From the NCBI RefSeq assembly GCF_006345805.1, contig NC_043006.1, forward strand, positions 18,848,001-18,912,000: a DNA stretch of 64,000 nt, read 5' to 3'. Shown here in pieces: positions 24,390-36,353 of the stretch; positions within the stretch are counted from its first letter, which is position 1; each line of letters starts with the position of its first letter. This stretch comes from Octopus sinensis (lineage: Eukaryota). A program made the translations under genes and the position numbers. The notes beneath the pieces were generated by a model. The model was not told where the DNA came from and searched no databases. It worked only from the letters and a program-made list of their open reading frames with translations.

Positions 24390-24925
24390 CATATAACAAT
24401 TTAAAAAATAAAACATATACGTACATACATAAATGTACATACCTACATCTATATGTATATATACATACATATATGAGTACAGGGCACCACAAATAAACCT
24501 AGAACACAACGAGAAACGAAAACATAAAAACAAAACAAGGAAACGGACTATTTTTAATAACGAAAAAACAGAGTACAAGACAAACAACAGAGGGAACATT
24601 CCCCTTCTTCAGCTGCCCCTGTTTCGACTTTTTGCGTGTTTCGAAGGTAAGGCCAGAACACGACTACTTGAAATAGTCCTTCCCGCAAAATGAATTAAAT
24701 AAAAAATTTTTGCGGAGGGGTAAAAAAAGGTGACAAGAACAGGACGTAAAAAGCAATACAAATAAAGAAAAAAAAACAGTACAAATAAAGATAAAAACAG
24801 TAAAAGACAGGACACGGAAACCAACAATTTCTACTCATATATGCATTTATATATACATATAGATGTAGGTATGTACATATATGTATGTATGTATGCGTAT
24901 GTTTTATTTATTAAATTGTTATTAT
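24390..24925. repeat. roughly 90-bp inverted repeats flanking a 350-bp PLE-like core
   Basis: ataacaattt..aaataaaacata..gtacatacctacatctatatgtata..catatatgagta vs its reverse complement at 24833-24925; the core shares tttcga..cccgcaaa..tttgcgg with 59600-59700. Confidence 0.65.
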
Positions 24926-24999
24926 ATATATATATACACAGAAAGAGAGAGAGAGAGAATAACATAAAAACAGAAAAAGCAAAATATATGGTATCACTA

Positions 25000-25555
25000 A
25001 AAATAACATTTAAATGAGATAGAGAATTTAAACAGACAGAGTATCTTAGAGCCGTTTCTAGAATAGCCAGACATGTGGATCATATTGTTGAGTAAGGATT
25101 CTATAGGCTAAGTATCCCGTCATCGGAGAGAGAGAAATCAGGAAAATATAAAAATGAAATATAAAATATATAAAAATATAAAAAAAGAAATATCCCTAAT
25201 CTTGGATATTAGTACTTTCCGTTTATCAGTTCCACATTAGAATAGAGTGTGAGTTAGGATTGTGTAAGAATAAGGTTCTGGTGTGTGAAGGAAAGACTGA
25301 ATGATAGTTGCATTAGAATAGATACATGCTAATCCGTATAATGATGCAGATAGACTAGGTAAGAGGGATAGCAGGTGAGAGATATGTCATCGTATGGCTG
25401 ACCAACAGCTTTGGCCATAGTTATTAGATTATAAAAGTGAAGTGGAGGGAGTTAAGGTGATTTGAATTTATGCTTTCGTCATATCCATTATTTTCTATCT
25501 GTCTCCTAAGTGTTCTATCACCTTGTTCACCAATACATTATTTAAGAAGCCTAAA
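25000..25555 (-). mobile_element. highly decayed Penelope-like GIY-YIG tail and UTR
   Basis: Minus-strand translation CIGEQGDRTLRRQIENN..NHLNSLHF resembles the YIGETGRTL..RI.EH..HF pattern; many stops. Confidence 0.35.
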
Positions 25556-25605
25556 CAACTCTTAAAACTTGCATTATATGTGTATTGTATGAAAATGTGC
25601 ATATA

Positions 25606-25922
25606 CCGACCAATGCCTCCCGGGCCGACCAATGCCTTCTGACTGGATTTGGTAGACAGAAACTGAAAGAAGCCTGTCGTATATATGTATATATATATAT
25701 ATATGTAGGTATGTGTGTGTGTGTGTTTGTCCCCCTAGCATTGCTTGACAACCGATGCTGGTGTGTTTAAGTACCCGTCACTTAGCGGTTCGGCAAAAGA
25801 GACTGATAGAATAAGTACTGGGCTTACAACGAATAAGTCCCGGGGTCGATTTGTTCGACTAAAGGCGGTGCTCCAGCATGGCCACAGTCAAATGACTGAA
25901 ACAAGTAAAAGAGTAAAAAGAG
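25606..25922 (+). mobile_element. family-A SINE, 5'-truncated
   Basis: Begins with a duplicated ccgaccaatgcc and has the full tail. Confidence 0.88.
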
Positions 25923-26352
25923 TCTACTACGATACATTTCATAAAATATATAAATACGTATTTTATGCATTAAGCTATAAATATATACATGTACACATAT
26001 ACGTGTTTGTACCTGTATCTGTTTGAGTGTATATATGTGTATGCGCGCGTGCGTGCGTATGTGCGTGTATGAATTGCTATTACGAATGAAATAGCATAAC
26101 GATTAGCCAATGCTCAGAACTTCGTGTAAATACATTTATATCCGAACTGCAATCAAGTAATAAATTTAATTTGTCAACCGATTTCCGTATGGTATTTACA
26201 GAATGTATATTCGAGAGAGCAGCAAAAAGCAGGTGATTTAGTGTGTGTTTTTATTATATCATCATAAATAATGTAATATTTACAGGTAGTCAACTGGCTT
26301 ATACTACTATGCTATGCGGTAATCGTTACGTAGGCGATTGCATAACAATACT

Positions 26353-26586
26353 TATTTCTTTATTACCCACAAGGGGCTAAACACAGAGGGGACAAACAAG
26401 GACAGACACAGGTATTAAGTCGATTACATCGACCCCAGTGCGTAACTGGTACTTAATTTATCGACCCCGAAAGGATGAAAGACAAAGTCGACCTCGGCGG
26501 AATTTGAACTCACAACGTAACGCAGACGAAATACCGCTAAGCATTTCGCCCGGCGTGCTAACGTTTCTGCCAGCTCGCCGCCTAAT
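26353..26586 (-). mobile_element. family-C SINE with a 16-bp TSD
   Basis: TSD attgcataacaatact at 26337-26352 and 26587-26602. Confidence 0.9.
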
Positions 26587-26931
26587 ATTGCATAACAATA
26601 CTGAAGCACGACATCATCAGAAGAAAATAGTTTTTTTACCCATTTGCTATTTAGGTTCTTCAGCTGACTGACAATGTTAGATACGAACTGTCTAAAATAC
26701 TATTTTTCTCTGAACATTTAGCGTTTCGATGAAATTAAGGAATCATTTACGCAACGATTACAGCATAACATTCTTGTATTGGCAAGAGAATCACGTGAAA
26801 AGTAACGTAAAACTTGATGTTAATAGGAATAATAAAAAAAGACAAACTAAATCTATTTTGCTATACTCTCGGTTACATCTGTGTGTGTGTGTTTATGAGT
26901 TCCGTGTGTGCGTTCGTGTGTGTAATATATA

Positions 26932-27328
26932 TCTTTATATATAAAAGTAAGGTTGTGTGTCTGTCTCCTACGATTTAGATTCCTAACTACTCCCACATTT
27001 TGCGGTGCAGTTTAACCAAAACCAGGTATCTTATAGTCGTGATTCATATCGAGCCCTTCTGGGTATTAGCGCGCGTCTACGATGAGTCTACGATTTAAAA
27101 AAAAAATTACCATAATTTTTTCCATTTTAATGCATTTTCTCGCTATTATATAAGGGACGTAACTCTCTAAAAATGTCTACGATGAGTCAACGATTTAAAA
27201 AAAAAATTACCATCATTTTTTTCCCATTTTTAATGCATTTGTTTGCTATTTTTTGGCTATAACTCTCTAAAAACGCTTATATAGTTATTTCCCTTACAAA
27301 CCCGAGCAACGCCGGGCGATACTGCTAG
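26932..27328 (+). mobile_element. non-autonomous Helitron (397 bp)
   Basis: a|TC... start, subterminal hairpin cccgagcaacgccggg, end CTAG|t, no TSD; internal roughly 100-bp tandem duplication (gtctacgatgagtc..). Confidence 0.8.
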
Positions 27329-28091
27329 TATTGTATAAACATATAAACAGATATAGAGGTTTTTCTTTACACGTAGATCTAAGACATTGAGAGACAGTGA
27401 GAGATTGAGTGAAACAAATTAAGACCCAAAATACGTGTTGAAAAAATCAATACATGTAAAGTGTTTCAGTTGATGGCTGCAATAAAGACATGACGAGATT
27501 AAAGTAGAATGAGAAAGAGATAAAATATTCATAAATATGAATAAGTATGTTTAAATATGAACAAGTATGTTTAAACGTGTACGTTCAGTGTGAATTTAAA
27601 CGTATCTAATATCAATACAATAGTCTAGCAGTTATGAAAGAAACGTGAAATCAAACGGCTGGAATTTGAATTGTAAAATTGTGGAAGAGAAAAATAATGG
27701 TTCGTAGCGGACAGAGCGTCATGATTGAAACTACGAGGAAGAGTTAGACAGTAAATATAATAAAGTTGAATCAGCTGCTGAGTTTTTTTTTTTTCTTTAA
27801 TTATTTTTTGTTGAAACTTGCTCAATATATTACAATATGATCACTTGATTTCAATAGATGAATCATAAGAAGAGACAACTGAAATAAGAAATAATGTCGC
27901 TCTAAAAAATATAATATATAGTTCTGTTATATTTTGTAAATATTAGTTTCTAATTTAAGCAAGGCCAACAATTTCAGAATAGGGTTTTAGTTAATACATT
28001 CAATACTGATACTATATTTTATCGACAACGAAACAGATGAAAGGCAAATATGATCACGACAAGATTTGAACTCAGAATATATATATATATA

Positions 28092-28425
28092 TATATTAAA
28101 TTAGAGATAAAACCACTATTAGGCAAATCAAACAATGAAAAACTTAAGCCAATACATAAAATTAATTAATTTATATTATTTTAAATATATATCAAAAGTA
28201 TTAAAAGTTTAATAAAAGATAATGAGTAAAACACATTTAAAATAATATTTAAAATAATATAAATTAATTAATTTTATGTATTGGCTTAAGTTTTTCATTG
28301 TTTGATTTGCCTAATAGTGGTTTTATCTCTAATTTAATATAATATAATATTTTACTATAAAATTGGATTCAATCCTAAATCTGATTTTTCCCTGTAAGTT
28401 TGGATTCATTCCCTAATATTTTATT
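28092..28425. mobile_element. Penelope-like fold-back insert (about 97-bp inverted arms, about 55-bp spacer)
   Basis: taaattagagataaaaccactattaggcaaatc.. and its reverse complement at 28244-28341; same family as 44222-44540. Confidence 0.75.
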
Positions 28426-28435
28426 ATTAATATAT

Positions 28436-28653
28436 ACTCTTTACTCTTTACTCTTTTACTTGTTTCAGTCATTTGACTGCGGCCATGCTGGAGCACCACC
28501 TTTAGTCGAACAAATCGACCCCGGGACTTATTCTTTGTAAGCCCAGTACTTATTCTATCGGTCTCTTTTGCCGAACCGCTAAGTGACGGGGACGTAAACA
28601 CACCAGCATCGGTTGTCAAGCAATGCTAGGTAGACAAACACAAACGCACACAT

Positions 28654-28686
<33 letters not shown>

Positions 28687-28857
28687 CATATATACGACAG
28701 GCTTCTTTCAGTTTCCGTCTACCAAATCCACTCACAAGGCATTGGTCGGCCCGGGGCTATAGCAGAAGACATTTGCCCAAGATGCCACGCAGTGGGACTG
28801 AACCCGGAACCATGTGGTTGGTAATCAAGCTACGTACCACACAGCCACTCCTGCGCC
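28436..28857 (-). mobile_element. family-A SINE
   Basis: Family-A reverse complement. Confidence 0.9.
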
Positions 28858-29008
<151 letters not shown>

Positions 29009-29340
29009 CAAAAAAAAAGAAAGAAATGGTGGAAATAATGTAAGGGGATTCTTGACACTGTAACGATTCATTTAACTTACGTCTTTATATAAAATGATAA
29101 AGGTTGAGAGTCATATTCGAGGGGAGAAATAAGAATAATTTGAATACAAAACAATTTTTTCCCTTTAGATGACTTATAGATACAAGGTCAAGAAAGAAAA
29201 TTTGAAGTAAAAATGTTGAATGAGGAAACAAAAAGAGTGTAGGAGCATGTCAATGTATAGGAATTAAAACTTAAATAAACATTTTTGATATATATCATAC
29301 TACTAGTTTAGAACTCTATAAATTTGTCAGATTAAACTAT

Positions 29341-29786
29341 GGATCTTTTCGGTTTGAACGGCAGTTTTTTCTAGCGGTGTCATATGAAATTGTCACCCAT
29401 AATTATGACCCTAGTATCGATCTATTGCATTTCAATCTGTTTTAGGGTTAGGGTTAGTTAGGGTTAGGGCTAGAGTTAGGGTTAGGGGTGGGGCGAAGGG
29501 TATCTTTTTTCTTCAGAAATGTAAATAAACCCAATCTGTTTCTTAAACGAGGGACATATTCATACAGCACAGAATGTTTTCACCTCAATAGACATCATTG
29601 ATTGGTTGAAATTGCAGAAATTGAAGAAAAAACAACAACAAATATCTTACAAACTATAACATTTTCTCAATAAAGCCAAGAGAAAAAGATGTTTTATAAA
29701 CACATTCTACCAGTATACGAAGTTTGAAAGTGTTTAGTTACGTGGAAGTTATTTTAAAAAACTGCCGTTCAAACCGAAAAAGATCC
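29341..29786. mobile_element. MITE with about 30-bp TIRs, GG..CC ends and an 8-bp TSD (Merlin-like), containing TTAGGG repeats
   Basis: TIR ggatcttttcggtttgaacggcagttttt / aaaaactgccgttcaaaccgaaaaagatcc; TSD taaactat at 29333-29340 and 29787-29794; TTAGGG-like run at about 29442-29487. Confidence 0.85.
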
Positions 29787-29944
29787 TAAACTATTCATGG
29801 CACGTAGATATAGCAACTGGTGACATAAAAGTCTTTAAAATTCTTTAGAATTCGAGAAGTAAAAGAAAGGAAGCGTTGTGACAAAAGGACAAATGTTGTC
29901 TTAGTATATTTTGTCACGTTTACACGCACACTTCCTTTCTTTCC

Positions 29945-29975
<31 letters not shown>

Positions 29976-30253
29976 TTTCTATCTCTAACTTACTCTCTGT
30001 CTCTCCTTCTCTCTCTTTCTTTCGTGTGTGTGTGTGCATGTGTATAAGTGGGAGAGAGAGAGAGAGAGAGAAAACAGAGAGAAACAGGGTCCACGAACTC
30101 GTCAGGTCGAATGGGAGTAGAAGATACTTTCTACTTCTTGTACAAGACCCGGTCTGCTCAAGGTTCAAATCTAGCTGCCGCTGGTAACTCATTGATGAAT
30201 GAAACGCTGGAACTACGTGAAATAAAGTACTCCACTCAAAGAACTACACAACC

Positions 30254-30580
30254 CTTCTGCTATAGCCCCGAGCCGACCAATGCCTTGTGAGTGGATTTGG
30301 TAGACGGAAACTGAAAGAAGCCTGTCGTATATATGTATATATATATAAGTGTGTGTGAATATGTTTGTGTGTCTGTGTTTGTTCCCCTAGCATTGCTTGA
30401 CAACCGATGCTGGTGTGTTTATGTCCCCGTTAGTTAGCGGTTCGGCAAAAGAGACCGATAGAATAAGTACTGGGCTTACAAAGAATAAGTCCCGGGGTCG
30501 ATTTTGCTCGACTAAAGGCGGTGCTCCAGCATGGCCGCAGTCAAATGACTGAAACAAGTATAAAGCGAAAAAGAGTAAAA
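30254..30580 (+). mobile_element. family-A SINE, 5'-truncated
   Basis: Starts cttctgctatagccccgag and has the full tail. Confidence 0.88.
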
Positions 30581-30743
30581 AAACCCACGCATCGGATCCA
30601 CTATACAACGATCGTGAGCTGAATACTCTAAATACTAGGTGACAGTCATTCTCGATTGCAACGACAGATATGCAAATATATGTAAATACTTAAGGTAAAG
30701 TAAACGTCATAATGTATTAAATAAAAAAGTGTAAAACTGATAT

Positions 30744-30970
30744 CGAGCTGGCAGAAACGTTAGCACGTCGGGCGAAATGCGTAGCCGTATTTCGTCTACC
30801 GTTACGTTCTGAGTTCAAATTCCGCCGAGGTCGACTTTGCCTTTCATCGTTTAGGGGTCGATAAATTAAGTACCAGTTACGCACTGGGGTCAATGTAATC
30901 GACTTAATCCGTTTGTCTGTCCTTGTTTGTCCTCTACGTGTTTAGCCCGTCGTGGGTGGTAAAGAAATAG
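30744..30970 (+). mobile_element. family-C SINE
   Basis: cgagctggcagaaacgttagc..gagttcaaattccgccgaggtcgactttgcctttcatc..aaagaaata. Confidence 0.88.
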
Positions 30971-31073
30971 GTTAAGGTCAGTTACGTCTTGGTATATATA
31001 AGTAATTGCCAATCAAAGGTTTTAAATATTGTGGTGTAAATATATACGTATATATATATATATATATATATAG

Positions 31074-31133
<60 letters not shown>

Positions 31134-31149
31134 TGTGTGTGCGTAAGAA

Positions 31150-31470
31150 CGCGCATGGCTCAGTGGTTAGAACATCGAGCTTACGATCGTGAGGTTGTAA
31201 GCTCGAATTACGGACCGGGCTGCGTGTTGTGTTGTTGAGCAAGACACTTTATTTCACATTGCACCGGTTCACTCATCTGTAGAAATGAGTTGCGACGTCA
31301 CAGGTGCCAAGCTGTATTGGACTTTGCCTTTCCCTTGGATAACATCAGTGGCGTGGATAGGGGAGGCCGGTATGCATGGGCGACTGCTGGTCTTCCATAA
31401 ACAGCCTTGCCCAGACTTGTGCCTGGGAGGGTAACTGTCCAGGTGCAATGCCATGGTCAGTGTCGTGAGG
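31150..31470 (+). mobile_element. family-D tRNA-derived SINE
   Basis: gcgcatggctcagtggttaga (A-box)..gctcgaatt; body gagcaagacactttatttcac..gaaatgagttgcgacgtcac; matches 53586-53922. Confidence 0.85.
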
Positions 31471-31530
31471 GTTAGGATTCTCAGATATATATATATATAT
31501 ATATGTATGTATCTAAGTATCTATGTATAA

Positions 31531-31573
<43 letters not shown>

Positions 31574-31600
31574 CATATGCATTTAAATAGATCCATAGAT

Positions 31601-31651
<51 letters not shown>

Positions 31652-32234
31652 CGTACATACATACATACATACATACATACATACATACATACATACATAC
31701 ATGCATACATTTACACACACACATAAAAAAATACTTAGTATATGATTTAACTTATTAAAAACAGTTAAACAAATTCATTCATATTTATTTAAGTGAAGGA
31801 GATTAGATGTTAACATGGATTAAAGTGTAGACATGACTCCTAGAACCAACACATTACAGCGTGATGACTAAGAGAAAAATCTATGTGCTTTTAATGTCTT
31901 TCTTCGTTTTTACGCAAGCAACCGACGAGTACAATTTGACAATTCCAATGTTCTATTATGAATATCTGTCATTTTGTATGAAATTTATTATATAACGATA
32001 TGTGTAAGAAAAATTTTCATCCGTGTTAACATCCAACCTCCTACATTTACATAGATATGAATTAGTTTGTTGAACTGTGTAAAAAAAGTTAAATCATATA
32101 TAAAGTATTTCTACATAAGTTTTCATATCTACACTGATTTACACAAGTAAATTCAAAAGTAGACTATGAAGAAACAGTGTTAGAAATCTTTGGAAATTAC
32201 TTCGATTAAATGACGAACTCGCATTCAAACTTTA

Positions 32235-32292
<58 letters not shown>

Positions 32293-32785
32293 TATATATA
32301 TACGTACATACATACATACATACATACATACATACATACATACATACATACATACATACATACATACACATCACACACAGATAGAGAGACGGAGAAAGAG
32401 AGATAATCGTCAGAAAATGCCACTGAGTGTATACGAGGTGATGAATAAAACGGTATGTTTTTTATGAAGATGAATATTTCTGGCACTGTTTTATTATGCT
32501 AGACAGGTACAACTTAAACTAAGCACAACAGTGAAATTAGGAATATTAAAGATATAGAAAGATATATTGTACAGAGCGATTGTAATTGCTCAATAAAATT
32601 CGAGGGAGAAAATGGAAGGTGAACATAGTATATGGCAATACGAAAGAAATTCTATCTTTCTTCTGCTCCTTCTTACATTCTTTCTCTCTCTCTCTTCTGT
32701 CTCTGCATATATTCATATATACTTACATCATACATTGATACATGCATACATGCATACTACATACTTACATACATATACATATATA

Positions 32786-33199
32786 GGCGCAGGAGTGGCT
32801 GTGTGGTAAGTAGCTTGCTAACCAGCCACATGGTTCCGGGTTCAGTCCCACTGCGCGGCATCTTGGGCAAGTGTCTTCTGCTATAGCCCCGGGCCAACCA
32901 ATGCCTTGTGGGTGGATTTGGTAGACGGAAACTGAAAGAAGCCTGTCGTATATATGTATATATATGTATGTATGTGTGTGTATATGTTTGTGTGTCTGTG
33001 TTTGTCCCTCTAGCATTGCTTGACAACCTATGCTGGTGTGTTTACGTCTCCCGTCACTTAGCGGTTCGGCAAAAGAGACCGATAGAATAAGTACTGGGCT
33101 TAAAAAAGAATAAGTCCCGGGGTCAAGTTGCTCGATTAAAAGGCGGTGCTCCAGCATGGCCGCAGTCAAATGACTGAAACAAGTAAAAGAGTAAAAGAG
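32786..33199 (+). mobile_element. family-A SINE
   Basis: Full head to tail. Confidence 0.9.
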
Positions 33200-33336
33200 A
33201 TACATACATTTAGATTAAAGCTAAAATGAAAAAAACAAAACGTATGTCTTCACTTGAAAAGCATATTTAATTTATAAAGTGAATACACACACACATACGC
33301 CTACACACAAATGCATATATGTATATATGTGTGTGT

Positions 33337-33400
33337 CAGTGACGTGTCACCTGGGTAGGCAAGGTAGGCAGTGCCTACCCGGAATGAGATGGATCGATAG
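33337..33400 (+). mobile_element. possible hAT-type MITE terminus
   Basis: cagtgacgtgtcacctgggtaggcaaggtaggcagtgcctacc resembles CAG-starting hAT ends; no partner end found. Confidence 0.3.
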
Positions 33401-33555
33401 TAGCATTTTCCTATTATGGCAAAATTCAATAATATTATGAAGGTTACTCTGATTATTATGCATAAAATGCAAAATATTCTTTTTTTTTTTGTAGATTAGT
33501 AAGGCATATTTCACCCCTGCCTCTCAGTCTCAGTATTAAAACTATGTATAGTATA

Positions 33556-33979
33556 GGCGCATGAGTGGCTGTGTGGTAAGTAGCTTGCTAACCAACCACA
33601 TGGTTCCGGGTTCAGTCCCACTGCGTGGCATCTTGGGCAAGTGTCTTCTGCTATAGCCCCGGGCCGACCAATGCCTTGTGAGTGGATTTGGTAGACGGAA
33701 ACTGAAAGAAGCCCCTCGTATATATGTATATATATATATATGTGTGTGTGTATGTGTGTTTGTGTGTGTGTTTGTCCCCCTAGCATTGCTTGACAATCGA
33801 TGCTGGTGTATTTACGTCCCCGTCACTTAGCGGTTCAGCAAAAGAGACCGATAGAATAAGTACTGGGCTTACAAAGTATAAGTCCCGGGGTCGATTTGCT
33901 CGACTAAAGGCGGTGCTCCAGCATGGCCGCAGTCAAATAACTGAAACAAGTAAAAGAGAGTAAAAGAAAAAAAAGAGAG
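33556..33979 (+). mobile_element. family-A SINE
   Basis: Full head to tail. Confidence 0.9.
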
Positions 33980-35769
33980 TATCGTTGTAGTACACGTGCT
34001 GCGTACATTCCTACAACAACGTTTTCTTTACGCGCTATAGAGGCAGAAGTAAATCTGCCTCCATCTCAGTCGTGCGTCTGTGTTTCGCTTATTTTGTTTT
34101 GTATTTTACTACATAAACGTCACCAAATGCCCACCCTGAGTAATTACTCCCAGCACGTGCTTGATGTGTATGTATAATCTGCTCGCCTTGCCACCGGGTC
34201 GCATCATTCGTAACGTAAACGATGCAAAGCACATTGTGATCAGCAACGTATAACGAAATCTGGTACTCTGGTCGATCACATAATCAAGACACACACATAC
34301 ACACACATATATACATATGGGTGTGTGTGGGTGTGTGGGTGTGTGGGTGTGTGCATGTGTGTGTGATATCTACACATACATGCATGGGCAAACGAAGACG
34401 AATATACGAATGGAATAAATGAACTTACGAAAATGCAATTTTATGCAATCCTAAATTCATGCATACAAACAAATCAATTGTATAGATTAGATATATTAAA
34501 CTCAGCCACAATGATTTATATAATATTCACACATGCACCTATGCAAATGCTCGCACACAAGCAACAGAGTTTTGTATCTTCGTTAGAAAAGTAGCTCCTT
34601 ACATAGAAGATTTGAAAGCATTAGAAATAGAACAGAACATACTTACATACGTATATATGTGTGTGTGTGCGTGTGCGTGTGCGTGCGTGTGTGTTTCTGT
34701 GTGCATGTGTGTGTGTGTGTGTGTGCGTGTTAGTGTGATGCAAAAAATTATTTAAAAAGATGGAAAGAAACGCTATGGTATGATATTTAAAATTACAAAC
34801 GTTTTACAAGATGAAGCCATTCACTGAATTTTGTCATTGAGAAATTTTCTCGCTTTCGACAAATGGGTGTTAAACACAGCTTATCAGTTCAAAGCGCCCT
34901 CTAACCAGACAGATGGCTGCATTTTTTTCGAGGTGGTTATCTTTTCTTGACTATCTGATACTGACAAGCGATGTTAAATCTTATTATTTTCCCGCCATTG
35001 TATTGTCACCTGTTGAGTTAATTGGTGACTTGCTTTAAATAGAATACGAAAAAAAAAAAGCGTTAAACAGTGATGTACCTGAATACAAACTTAGTAATGG
35101 TTTAAACATGCTTGTGGCATATTCGAACACGTAAGAAAGGCATTCACTGTATTTTGTCACGGAGAAAAATTTTTCCGTGTAAAGAAATAGATGTAAACAC
35201 GCCAAGCAGATTAAGTATGTAAACAAAGGCATCGCACACAAATCGCTAAACATACAAAAAGCATTTATCATATAAATACTGTGTGTTATTGCAAGAATGA
35301 AACAGCAGGGTATATACAGAAATGGGAATACACCGTCGATCAAGTGCTGAAGAAAATAATGATAAAATGCAGATTAAAAAAATATGAGAGATGTTGTCGA
35401 AACTTTATACTGTAAAAAAAATAGTTTAGAGATATACAGAAACAAATATCATAATGCTAACAATAAAATAATGGAAGTAAACAGCAGCTGTATATAAGAA
35501 AATGGAAAACCCCAGAGTGAAACAGTAAATAGTAAATAGAAACACTCGAAGTAAATAGGGGGGGGGGGAATGGATAACAAGATTCGGAAAATAATTAGTA
35601 AAGAATAATACAAAATGTAAGCACGAATAAAATTTATGGCAATAATTGCAAACTATATTGCTGAAAGTTGCATAGCAATAGCAACAACGACTATAACAAT
35701 AACAACAGCAACAAAAATAAGACTAATGATATTTTGTAAGTTTGTTACACGGCCAGTAATTTTGAGTGG

Positions 35770-35940
35770 AGGGGTAATTCGATTATATCGTCTCCAGTTT
35801 GAAAGTTTATTTCATTGACCCCGAAAGCATGAAAGACAAAATCTACATATGTAGTGTTTGAACTCAGAACTTAGAGAACTGGAAGATATGCGGCATAGCG
35901 TTTGGTCTGACGTGCTAACGGATCTGCCAACTCGTCGACT
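35770..35940 (-). mobile_element. diverged family-C SINE
   Basis: cattgaccccgaaagcatgaaagacaaa..tttgaactcagaac..gtgctaacggatctgccaactcg. Confidence 0.65.
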
Positions 35941-35964
35941 CGATAAGTAATTATAATAATAATG

Positions 35965-36284
35965 TTGGGTTGTCCGGAAAGTTTGCGCTGATTTATAGCA
36001 GCTTAACTTTCGACTTATTTTAGAACATGATTAAGTCCATAAAATAGGATTTGACTACACCTCCATTTAGAGCACAGCTTAAGCTATCTTTTCGTGAAAG
36101 AAGGTATATTTTCCTATAACCTGTGTTACTTCGGTAACCCTTTAAAATGGAAGATACGAATGTTTATTTTCAGCACTTGATGTTTTGGGAACCAGACAAA
36201 AATTGCTAGGATGTGTTACCCCACCCTCTATATTCACCAGATATCGCTCCTTTGGATTTCCAGTTATTCAGGTCTTTCAGAATT
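35965..36284 (+). mobile_element. internally deleted mariner (5' ITR, transposase N-terminus fused to the YSPDxAP region)
   Basis: ITR ttgggttgtccggaaagtttgcgctgattt; ATG at 36147 gives MEDTNVYFQHLMF, joined to TRQKLL..VLPHPLYSPDIAPLDFQLFRS. Confidence 0.8.
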
Positions 36285-36303
36285 ATAATACTAATACTAA
36301 TAC

Positions 36304-36353
<50 letters not shown>

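Noticed and set aside
24600-24665. CTGAAGA and GAAAC words on the minus strand
   Set aside because: Order and spacing do not give a valid hammerhead topology.
29442-29487. TTAGGG run as a real telomere or fusion scar
   Set aside because: Short, imperfect and enclosed within the TIRs and TSD of a MITE.
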